Shown: one piece after another, positions 1 through 7,297 of the stretch
How the letters are laid out: every line of letters starts with the position of its first letter
How positions within the stretch are numbered: the first letter of the stretch is position 1
Assembly: GCA_041745855.1 (NCBI GenBank)
Contig: JBGTIE010000737.1
Span: 1-35,026, forward strand
Length of the DNA stretch: 35,026 nucleotides
Direction: 5' to 3'
From: Lysobacterales bacterium
Lineage (GTDB): Bacteria > Pseudomonadota > Gammaproteobacteria > Xanthomonadales > SZUA-5
Program-made: the position numbers and the translations under genes
Notes under the pieces: model-generated
What the model was told of the DNA's origin: nothing
What the model saw: only the letters and a program-made list of their open reading frames with translations
Database searches by the model: none

Positions 1-138
1 GAACCCGACGACCTCGCCGCCAGCGCCCTGCGCGTTGCGCTCAAGCTGCGCGCCGACCCGACCAGCATCGAGCTGCGCAAGACGCTGCGCGACACTGCCC
101 CGCAATTGTTGCCCTGGGTACTCGCCCGACGGAAATAG
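1..138 (+). CDS. 3' end of an unidentified gene (partial; 45 codons, TAG at 136-138)
   Basis: Frame 1 is open from the window edge (EPDDLAASALRVALKLRADPTSIELRKTLRDTAPQLLPWVLARRK*). Codon pattern is GC3-rich like the core genes. No diagnostic motif. Confidence 0.3.
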   Translation, partial: EPDDLAASALRVALKLRADPTSIELRKTLRDTAPQLLPWVLARRK

Positions 139-156
139 CGACCTCCGATCGCGCGG

Positions 157-246
157 CTCTCGAACGCTTGCCCACCTCTCGCAGGCTTGCGCGGCTCTCG
201 CAGGCTTGTGCATCTCTCGCAGGCTTGCGCGGCTCTCGTAGGCCGG
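157..246. repeat. 19-bp tandem repeat, about 4.7 copies (consensus ctctcgcaggcttgcgcgg)
   Basis: Units read directly at 157-175 (degenerate), 176-194, 195-213, 214-232 and 233-246 (partial). The array starts right after the stop of the partial upstream gene. Confidence 0.85.
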
Positions 247-455
247 TTCCTCGCGCCCGCCAGGCAACGATTTACGCCCCGCAACAGCCAGCGCGAGGCG
301 GCCGGCGCTCCTGGATCGTTTGCCGCGCCAGCCTCGATTGCACCGCATTATCGAGGTGTGACTGCAGCGCATTCCGCCACGCTTTGCTTTTCGCCCCAAC
401 GGGGCAGCACACGTTAGCCTGGGGCAACGCCCCAGGTAAGCAGCGCGTCGACCCT

Positions 456-576
456 GAGCCCTGAAAGGGCGCCCAATGTCCGTACCTGCGGGAAACCGGC
501 GTGACCGTTGTAGCCAGCGTGCCTGATGCGGCCCGCCGGTCCAGAAGCCGACCATGGTTCGCCCTTTCAGGGCTCT
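456..576. repeat. Pair of about 25-nt inverted repeats flanking about 70 nt (possible structured RNA or miniature element)
   Basis: gagccctgaaagggcgcccaatgtc (456-480) matches the reverse complement of gaccatggttcgccctttcagggctc (550-576) apart from a few mismatches and one indel. Each arm also holds its own 5-bp hairpin (gccct-gaa-agggc and gccct-ttc-agggc). Confidence 0.6.
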
Positions 577-689
577 CGCCATCACCCGGATCGCGGGTCT
601 CACCGGCTGCCAAGGATCGCTTCGCGGCTGTCGAAGCGGTTTACAAGAGCAGCTCTCGAACCTGATCAGGACGGGTACCTGATCTTCAC

Positions 690-983
690 TCAGAACGGAA
701 TCTCGCCGTCCCAGGGCTCGCCTTCCGACTCGGCAGAGATAGACGGGTCCCTCGACTCAACCGGCTCGCAGTTCTCCGGTATCAGGTGCCACAGACCCTC
801 CTGATGCAGCCAGATGGGATCGGCGTTGGCCAGAATGAATTCGTCGTCCAGCACACCCTCGATCATCGACGGGCGCAAGACCCGCTTCTGTTTGCCGTGG
901 ATGAAGATGGTCATGTAGCGCTCAGCCCGGAGCTTCTTCTCGGCTCTCTGTCGGGCAGTGAGTTTGCGCTTGGGCTTGGGCAT
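690..983 (-). CDS. Hypothetical small protein (97 aa) with basic N-terminus and acidic C-terminus
   Basis: ORF MPKPKRKLTARQRAEKKLRAERYMTIFIHGKQKRV... has balanced, non-repetitive composition. No motif recognised. Confidence 0.45.
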   Translation of the reverse strand: MPKPKRKLTARQRAEKKLRAERYMTIFIHGKQKRVLRPSMIEGVLDDEFILANADPIWLHQEGLWHLIPENCEPVESRDPSISAESEGEPWDGEIPF

Positions 984-1167
984 CTTGAATACGGTACGTT
1001 TTTGAGACGCGCCACCGCAAGTGCGCTCTGCGGCTCAGTGGTCGATGGCGGAGAGGGTGGTCTAGCTTGACTCCGATTCTGGTGCATCACGGGGCATTGC
1101 CGCTTTCCGTCAACTCGACTTTGGCTGGCACCATGCCAGCGCGTCGTCGCTTGATGGCGCACTTGTC

Positions 1168-1189
1168 GGAACCCCGAGTTGCACTCGGG
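1168..1189. repeat. Palindromic repeat family 2, copy 1 (ggaaccccgagttgcactcggg)
   Basis: 7-bp stem cccgagt/actcggg with a ggaacc tail. Same motif as 1271-1292 and 2624-2645. Confidence 0.8.
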
Positions 1190-1270
1190 TCGTCGCGCAG
1201 CGACGTGCTCTTCGGCGCGCGATAGACGCCAGTTGCCTCGACGGATTCCCGGCGTCACCGAGCCTCGTTG

Positions 1271-1292
1271 CCCGAGTACAACTCGGGGTTCC
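1271..1292. repeat. Palindromic repeat family 2, copy 2 (inverted orientation)
   Basis: cccgagtacaactcggggttcc is the exact reverse complement of the 2624-2645 copy. Confidence 0.8.
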
Positions 1293-1371
1293 TTTTCGCG
1301 CACCGCGCTGGGATTCAGTCCGGCCGTACACAGCCCGGCCGTTCACCCTCAGTCGGCCCTCAGCCCCGACC

Positions 1372-1533
1372 TTCGGTGATTCAGCCACTACCGGAACAAA
1401 CGTCCCCTGGACCGACAACACCACCCTGCCGGGCTGGTATCACAGCCGCACCACCTACAACGCCGGCAACGGCACGGTCAACAACGGTGCAGCCTACAGT
1501 TTCGGTCTGGCTGACAGCACCGAGCGCGTGCCT
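1372..1533 (+). pseudogene. Possible remnant of a secreted/extracellular protein gene, no start codon, abutting the zeta-toxin gene
   Basis: Frame 1 reads ...FGDSATTGTNVPWTDNTTLPGWYHSRTTYNAGNGTVNNGAAYSFGLADSTERV.... This is protein-like (W.DN.TLPGWY...Y.AG.G....G.YSFG...S.ER), but no ORF of at least 60 aa is listed for this frame. It runs into the convergent gene ending at 1534. Confidence 0.25.
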
Positions 1534-2139
1534 TTACTCCGTTCGTCCCAGCACGCTCTCGACTACCGGCTTGGCCCACGCGGGAACCTGGTGCAAGTCA
1601 CTGGCCTTGGGCATTCGGAGCCGACCCTCGACGATGGATGCCACCTGCAACGGTGCTCGCAATGCTTCGCCAGCCGCCACGGACTCTGAGTTGTCGTAAA
1701 CCTGGACGGCGTACACGTGGCGAACCAGGCGCGTGAGGTTGGCCATCGAACTGACGTAGCGCTCCCTGATCTTGACTTCGGGGATGCTGTGTCCGCCGCT
1801 GGCAACTCGCAATCCCACGCGCTCGATGTGCAAATCGACGCTGTCCAGCCCTACGTACCAGATCAGCACGTCATGGGTCGTGCAGGCATCGAGAAGCAAC
1901 CGGGTGACCGATCTCCCACCCAGCGTGGTCTCGAATGCGTAGTTCTGGCAGTTTGCCAGTGCCCAACGCAACCGCCGCTGACCCTCGTTCCATGCAGCCA
2001 CATCGGCCGATTGACGCGCATGACCGACCGCCTGCAGGGCGCGCGACCAGTCGTCAGGATTGAACCAGTCCATGCCCGCTTCGCGCAGGACTTGACCACC
2101 GAGCGAACTCTTGCCGCCGCCATTGACGCCGGCGAGCAC
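1534..2139 (-). CDS. Zeta-toxin-family P-loop kinase/ATPase (COG4185-like)
   Basis: Walker A GVNGGGKSS at residues 4-12. The length (about 200 aa) and the ...AFETTLGG... and ...IWYVGLDS...HIERV..RV..GGH.IPE..IR.RY... blocks are typical of zeta-like toxins. A small antitoxin-like gene lies directly upstream. The listed start is GTG, only 3 codons before the P-loop. Confidence 0.7.
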   Translation of the reverse strand: MLAGVNGGGKSSLGGQVLREAGMDWFNPDDWSRALQAVGHARQSADVAAWNEGQRRLRWALANCQNYAFETTLGGRSVTRLLLDACTTHDVLIWYVGLDSVDLHIERVGLRVASGGHSIPEVKIRERYVSSMANLTRLVRHVYAVQVYDNSESVAAGEALRAPLQVASIVEGRLRMPKASDLHQVPAWAKPVVESVLGRTE

Positions 2140-2159
2140 ATAAATCAGGGGGCGTTGGC

Positions 2160-2501
2160 TCAGAAGCTCTCTCCGGCCACCACGGTGCCGTCAAACTCGC
2201 CGTTCCGATCAAAGGCTCGCAGCAGGCGATCCCGAGCGTTCGGCTGATTGAGTACCGCGAGCCGGGCATCGAAGCGCTCGGTCAAGCCGTTCAACAATGC
2301 CTGATCCACCTCTGCCGCACGCGCAACCAGGGCGGTGTATTCGGCTGGATCCATCAGGACGGCATCGACGCGATCATGCGAGGTGAGCGCCAGCGCCTTG
2401 CTGGCCCGCAACTGCTCGCGCACCTCCAACCACTCACGCCGAACCCGCGTCGCCGCCACGGACTGCAAGGCCGCCAAGGCGCTTGATCTGGTCGTTTGCA
2501 T
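2160..2501 (-). CDS. Putative antitoxin (Phd/YefM-like) of the zeta-like toxin
   Basis: 113-aa ORF starting at ATG 2501, preceded by GGAG (GGAGAATCAGCATG); the listed ORF start at 2528 is TTG. It ends 20 nt before the toxin start. The HDRVDAVLMDPAEYTALV segment resembles Phd/YefM antitoxin cores. Confidence 0.55.
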   Translation of the reverse strand: MQTTRSSALAALQSVAATRVRREWLEVREQLRASKALALTSHDRVDAVLMDPAEYTALVARAAEVDQALLNGLTERFDARLAVLNQPNARDRLLRAFDRNGEFDGTVVAGESF

Positions 2502-2623
2502 GCTGATTCTCCGAAGACTCCAACCCAAGCCAGTCTACGCATTCAGCGCATTTTGCGCCAATAGCGCATATTGCGCCTCGAAGTTGGCAGCGAGCGACAT
2601 CATCGTGGCCGGCCGCGGCACAT

Positions 2624-2645
2624 GGAACCCCGAGTTGTACTCGGG
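2624..2645. repeat. Palindromic repeat family 2, copy 3
   Basis: ggaaccccgagttgtactcggg. With one extra flanking base it forms a perfect 23-bp inverted repeat with 1270-1292. Confidence 0.8.
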
Positions 2646-2930
2646 CGAACCGGCCCTCTGGCACGCCATCTGCGAGACCTTTGGAGTGCGGCGCTCCGCG
2701 TCGCTTTGGATGATCTTCCGCTTCGCCGAAAGTGCAATCGTCGACGCCGGGACGCAAGGCGGCGCCTTTCGCTTGTCACGTCGTCTCACCGGAAGGCTTG
2801 CACGCAAGAGTACTGGGACGCCCTGTCATCCAGCCTGACGTAGGACTTCGCGGGTCAGCATGGGGACATATGCCCGCAAGTCGAGTGGTAGGCCTGGTGA
2901 GGCGAGATCCAGAACGGTAGCGTGCTCTGA

Positions 2931-2995
2931 ATATGGAGTGCGGTGGCTTGCCACCGCTCTGACGTTGGCAGCTTGCTGCCGCATTTGCTCTCGCT
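2931..2995. repeat. Single REP unit (hairpin 1 gcggtggcttgccaccgc + hairpin 2 ggcagcttgctgcc)
   Basis: atatggagtgcggtggcttgccaccgctctgacgttggcagcttgctgccgc read directly, 14 nt downstream of the AAA+ gene stop. Confidence 0.9.
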
Positions 2996-3008
2996 CTCCT
3001 CGAACCCC

Positions 3009-5168
3009 TCAAACAAACCCGATACTCCTCCCACCACCCCGCCGCTTCGCCTGCACTTCGCGCTCAAGCAGTTCCAACCAAAGGGTCACGTCCGGCGTCA
3101 ACCGCGTAATCCGGCACTGCCGCAGCGCAGTCGCCACATCGCCCGGACAAAGCCCGTGCAAGCGGTCAATCGCGCCGTGCAGTTCGTCCGGCATAGCGCC
3201 TGGCGAAGCGTCCGGCTCAAACAGCCGCCGGTAGCTCTCCCAGACCATCATCCGCCTTTGCTGCACCTGCGGCGGATCAAAGCGCAGCTTGAAGTCGAAG
3301 CGGCGCAGACTGGCCTCGTCGAGGCGGTCGGCCAGATTGGTGGACGCAATGAAAATGCCGTCGAAGCTCTCCATCTGGGTCAGCATCTCGTTCACCTGAC
3401 TGACTTGCCACTGCTGGTTCGCGCCTTCGCGCCCGCCGAGCATGCTATCGGCTTCATCGATCAGCAGGATCGCACCGTCGTCCCGGGCGCGGGCAAAGGC
3501 GGCGGCGATGTTTCGCTCGGTCCCACCGACCCACTTGCTCAGCAGATCCGAGGCGCGCGTGGCGATGACAGGTCGGTCGATCACCTCGCCCAGGTGATGC
3601 GCGAACGCAGTCTTGCCGGTACCCGGAGGGCCATACAGGCAAACCCGACCCTGACCGCCCTGGGAGATGCCATCGATGATCGGCTGCAACGGCTGGCTCG
3701 GGTTGAGCCAGTCCAGTCGGTAGTCGGTCTTGCCCAGTTCCATCGCCGGCCAGCGGAAACTCATGCCCATGGCCTGCAGCGCATTGCAGAAGATCTGCTT
3801 CAGGCGCGCGAGGTTCTCGGCCGGCTGCTCATCGGCGACCAGCCGCAGCACGCGGGCGGCAGAATCGATCTGCGCCGGCGAAATCCTGTCGATCCCGGCG
3901 ATGGCCTCGATGGCACCGTGCGGCAGACGAACACCATCAAGCGCGCGCGCCAGCAGTCGGCGGCGCTCGCTGCGGGGCAGGGTACGAACTTCCAGCACCA
4001 GATCGAATCGACGGATGAAGGCTGGATCCATCTGAAAGATCGAATTGGCGATCCAGAAACTCGGCACCGGCGAGTTCTCCAGCAAGTCATTGACGAAGCG
4101 CTTCGGCGCTGCGCGCTCGCCGTGGCTGCGATGGATCGCCATCACGTCCGACACCGGAAACACGTCCTCGATCTCGTCGAACACGATCGCGTGCGCAGGC
4201 TGATCTCGCAGCAGGCGTTGGCAAGTCATGAAGGCACCCAGACGGTGCGAGCCACGGATCGGGTCCCCGTCACGGTCCTCGGCCGGCACCTCGTGCGCCT
4301 TCAGACCACACTCGCGCGCCAGCAGACGCGCCAGTTCGGTCTTGCCTACACCCGGATCGCCGTGCAACAACACATTCACACCCGCCCGCTGCTCGGCGCC
4401 GGCCGCCTTCAGATAGCGGATAACGGTGGCAATCTCGGTGCGCTGATGGCCGAAGGCCTCCAGCTCCAGCTGCGGCTCCGGCGTCGGCCGCGCAACCGCG
4501 TTGAGCAACACCGACGAGTCGAAATGCTCGTCAAGCAGCACCTCCGCCACCCGCGAATCCACTTCCAGCCCGGCGGCCGCGTCATCCCAGCCGGTGCTGA
4601 TAGCGTCCAGCAGACCGGCATGGCGCAGCGGACTGTTACGACCCAGCGCGGCGGTCACCGCCTTGGGATTGAGACTGAAAGCACGCGCCACCAGCCGCGT
4701 GAACTCATCCATGCAGCCCCGCCGGGCCAGCCGCAAAACGTCCGCCAGGCCCGGCATGTGATGGTTGAGCACAGCGATCCGCAGCACCTGTTGCGCAGCA
4801 TGGGTGAGCGAAAGCAGCCGCCCCAGCTCGGCCAAATTGCGATCGAGCCGCTCCGCCAACGGGTGCTTGCACGCAAGCAGTCGGCTGCTCTGCCGACTCA
4901 TCGCATCTTCGATGCACACCCGCAAATGTTGCGCATCACAGCCCTCCTCGGCCGAGACGCCAATCAACTCCAGGACATCATGATCCCGAAAACACCCATT
5001 CGGCAGCACAAGCCGCCGAATCAGACCCGCCTGCAGAAGCGCCATCCCAGCCAGCGCCGCCATCTGCGGAAGCTCACCCTCGATGTCCACCAACTCAACC
5101 CGGATCAGATCGATATCGGGCAATTCATCAACTTCAGCACGCGGACGACCAAAACCGGTTCTGCGCAT
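3009..5168 (-). CDS. AAA+ ATPase with two AAA domains (719 aa from ATG 5168)
   Basis: D1 has Walker A GDPGVGKT and Walker B IVFDEIED. D2 has Walker A GPPGTGKT, Walker B LLIDEADS, sensor-1 ASTN and RRFD arginine. A strong RBS (AGGAGGTGTCCGATG) precedes ATG 5168. The 747-aa plus-strand ORF is its shadow. Confidence 0.85.
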   Translation of the reverse strand: MRRTGFGRPRAEVDELPDIDLIRVELVDIEGELPQMAALAGMALLQAGLIRRLVLPNGCFRDHDVLELIGVSAEEGCDAQHLRVCIEDAMSRQSSRLLACKHPLAERLDRNLAELGRLLSLTHAAQQVLRIAVLNHHMPGLADVLRLARRGCMDEFTRLVARAFSLNPKAVTAALGRNSPLRHAGLLDAISTGWDDAAAGLEVDSRVAEVLLDEHFDSSVLLNAVARPTPEPQLELEAFGHQRTEIATVIRYLKAAGAEQRAGVNVLLHGDPGVGKTELARLLARECGLKAHEVPAEDRDGDPIRGSHRLGAFMTCQRLLRDQPAHAIVFDEIEDVFPVSDVMAIHRSHGERAAPKRFVNDLLENSPVPSFWIANSIFQMDPAFIRRFDLVLEVRTLPRSERRRLLARALDGVRLPHGAIEAIAGIDRISPAQIDSAARVLRLVADEQPAENLARLKQIFCNALQAMGMSFRWPAMELGKTDYRLDWLNPSQPLQPIIDGISQGGQGRVCLYGPPGTGKTAFAHHLGEVIDRPVIATRASDLLSKWVGGTERNIAAAFARARDDGAILLIDEADSMLGGREGANQQWQVSQVNEMLTQMESFDGIFIASTNLADRLDEASLRRFDFKLRFDPPQVQQRRMMVWESYRRLFEPDASPGAMPDELHGAIDRLHGLCPGDVATALRQCRITRLTPDVTLWLELLEREVQAKRRGGGRSIGFV

Positions 5169-5254
5169 CGGACACCTCCTGTTTGAGACCCAATCATGAG
5201 CCCCACCCACGACAGTTCCCGTCGCCAGCACGCAATCCGGAGCGCCGCAGCGCT

Positions 5255-5668
5255 CTAAATATGGAGTGCGGTAGCTTGCTACCGCTCTTGATATGGCAGC
5301 TTGCTGCCGCTCTAATATGGAGTGCGGTAGCTTGCTACCGCTCTGCTCTTGGCAGCTTGCTGCCGCTCTAATATGGAGTGCGGTAGCTTGCTACCGCTCT
5401 GCTCTTGGCAGCTTGCTGCCGCTCTAATCTGGAGTGCGGTAGCTTGCTACCGCTCTGCTCTTGTGCAGCTTGCTGCCGCTCTTTGCTTTTGATGGTTTGT
5501 TAGGCTTTTGCGCCGACGCGTCAGGACTTCGAGGCGGGGGAGAAGATAGAGCCAGGGCGGCAGCAAGCTGCCAACAGCAGAGCGGTGGCAAGCCACCGCA
5601 CTCCATATCAGAGCCGCAAGCCACCGCACTCCATATCAACAGCCGCGCGCCACCGCACTCCACATCAA
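5255..5668. repeat. Composite REP cluster R2: four forward 56-bp units, central spacer, three inverted REPs
   Basis: Forward units start at 5259, 5315, 5371 and 5427 (exact 56-bp period). Inverted copies (agagcggtggcaagccaccgcactcc and variants) lie at about 5556-5668 and abut the RAYT stop. Confidence 0.9.
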
Positions 5669-6286
5669 TCAATACTCATCCAACACCTTGATCCGATCCG
5701 TCTTCATCGCATAGATCGTCTTCACCTGCGCAACCGTCGCCGTTCGCTCAAACCAGGCCGCGCTGCACCACGGATACTCCGTAGCACTCACCACCAACCC
5801 GTGCTTCACCGCGTTCGAGTGCACGTAGTTCAGTCGAGCCAGATAACTGCCCTCATGCGTGATCCGGCTGTCCCAGTAGTTGTGCCACACCTTGCGACCG
5901 CGTACGCCGTCCACACCATTGAGCCAGCGCGCACTCCGGCTGTGAAACTCCCGCACAAAGTCGACCAGCGACGACGCATCGTCAACCGCAGAAGGCGACC
6001 GCCCGACGAAGTGATAGTGATTCGGGAAAACAGCCCACGCCTCCAACTGCCAACCAAAACGCGCGGCGTACTTCAACAAACCAAGGTGCAGCGCCCGCAA
6101 CCGCTCCGAACCCGCAAACAGCGGCTCCTTCCCCATCGTCCCGGCAGTCACCATGAACACCCCAGCACCCGCCAGCGAATGCACAGGCGCATGCGGCCAA
6201 AGCGCAGGTGCGACGTCGTCAGAGACAGTTGGCTTCTCCATGGCCCAATACTTCAACGACTTCCACCAACAGGCAAGCCCCAGCAC
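5669..6286 (-). CDS. REP-associated tyrosine transposase (RAYT; IS200/IS605 TnpA-like Y1 HUH enzyme)
   Basis: HUH motif in PNHYHFVG and catalytic-Tyr helix LNYVHSNAVKHGLV. The size is typical of RAYTs. REP arrays lie immediately on both sides. The listed start is GTG 6286; an alternative ATG at 6241 gives 190 aa. Confidence 0.85.
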   Translation of the reverse strand: MLGLACWWKSLKYWAMEKPTVSDDVAPALWPHAPVHSLAGAGVFMVTAGTMGKEPLFAGSERLRALHLGLLKYAARFGWQLEAWAVFPNHYHFVGRSPSAVDDASSLVDFVREFHSRSARWLNGVDGVRGRKVWHNYWDSRITHEGSYLARLNYVHSNAVKHGLVVSATEYPWCSAAWFERTATVAQVKTIYAMKTDRIKVLDEY

Positions 6287-6304
6287 GCACTCTGCGGTAG
6301 CCTG

Positions 6305-6692
6305 CCCTTAATCTGGAGTGCGGTGGCTTGCCACCGCTCTGCTCTTGCGCAGCTTGCTGCCGCGGTTGCTCTAATCTGGAGTACGGCAGCTTGCCACCGC
6401 TCTTGATATGGAGTGCGGTAGCTTGCTACCGCTCTGCTCTTGGCAGCTTGCTGCCGCTGTTGCCCTAATCTGGAGTGCGGTAGCTTGCTACCGCTCTGCT
6501 CTTGGCAGCTTGCTGCCGCCGTTGCTCTTGCTCCTCCCCCGGCCATCCGAAAACACCAAAGCCAGCTTCCGCACATCCGCTTCACGGGCGCGGCGCCTGC
6601 TCGGTCAGCCCGCCGCGCAAAGATCAACAGCCAAAGCGGCAGCAAGCTGCACAACAGCAGAGCGGTGGCAAGCCACCGCACTCCATATCAAG
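6305..6692. repeat. Composite REP cluster R3 (forward REPs 6308-6530, spacer, inverted REP 6633-6692)
   Basis: Read directly. The spacer contains ccatccgaaaacaccaaagcc, gggcgcggcgcctgctcg and aagatcaacagccaaagcggcagc, which are shared with clusters R4 and R5. Confidence 0.9.
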
Positions 6693-7260
6693 AGCGCCAG
6701 CCCGGTTCAGCCCTCCTCAAATACCCCAACACATACCCCTCCTGCGCCCGCGTCTCCACCGCCCCGGGCCTGACCGCCCGAATCTGCCGCAACGCATCCT
6801 CAGGCGCGTGTCCCAGCTCAACAGCCAGCAACGAAGCCACCGTGCCGGCCCGCCCCAAACCGCCCCGGCAATGCACCAACACCCGCCCTCCCTTGCGCAA
6901 ACGGTCAACCACGGCCGGTCCGTCCTTCAACCACGCCGCCTCAAACTCCGTGCCCGGCGGCTGCACATCGACGATTGGCCAGTGATGCCACTCGATCCCC
7001 ATTCCGCGTATGCCGCCGCCCAGCCCGGGTACCTGCAACAGCTCGAATTCATGCGTCTCGATCAGCGTCACCACCGCATCCGGTTTCCACCCGCCCACCA
7101 CCGCCAGGTCCAGCGCCAGATCGCGGTCCCAGGCCGGGCCGTACAGGCTCGCGTTCTTCTTGCCGGGGCAGAACGTGATCCCGATCGTGCCGCCGGATCG
7201 GACGTCGCGCCAGGCATCGATTCGCAACGGGTGGCTGAGGCTGGTGCGTGGGACGGGCAT
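6688..7260 (-). CDS. Cys-X5-Arg protein-tyrosine/dual-specificity phosphatase family protein (190 aa from ATG 7260)
   Basis: Active-site loop VHCRGGLGRAGT (HCX5R). AGGAG lies 9 nt upstream of ATG 7260. The longer listed ORF would overlap the divergent gene. Confidence 0.8.
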   Translation of the reverse strand: MPVPRTSLSHPLRIDAWRDVRSGGTIGITFCPGKKNASLYGPAWDRDLALDLAVVGGWKPDAVVTLIETHEFELLQVPGLGGGIRGMGIEWHHWPIVDVQPPGTEFEAAWLKDGPAVVDRLRKGGRVLVHCRGGLGRAGTVASLLAVELGHAPEDALRQIRAVRPGAVETRAQEGYVLGYLRRAEPGWRS

Positions 7261-7297
7261 GGGCGACACTCCTGAAAGTTGAGGGGACGGAGACAAC

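Noticed and set aside
2943-5186. 747-aa plus-strand ORF covering the AAA+ locus
   Set aside because: It is the antisense shadow of the AAA+ gene. It is extremely R/Q/H/P-rich and has no motifs, while the minus-strand frame has two full Walker A/B sets and a strong RBS.
5259-5485. Regular 56-bp periodic array that could be mistaken for a CRISPR array
   Set aside because: The segments between the repeated hairpins are themselves a conserved second hairpin rather than unique spacers. The same unit recurs at five other loci, also in inverted orientation. No cas genes are present, and a RAYT gene is adjacent.
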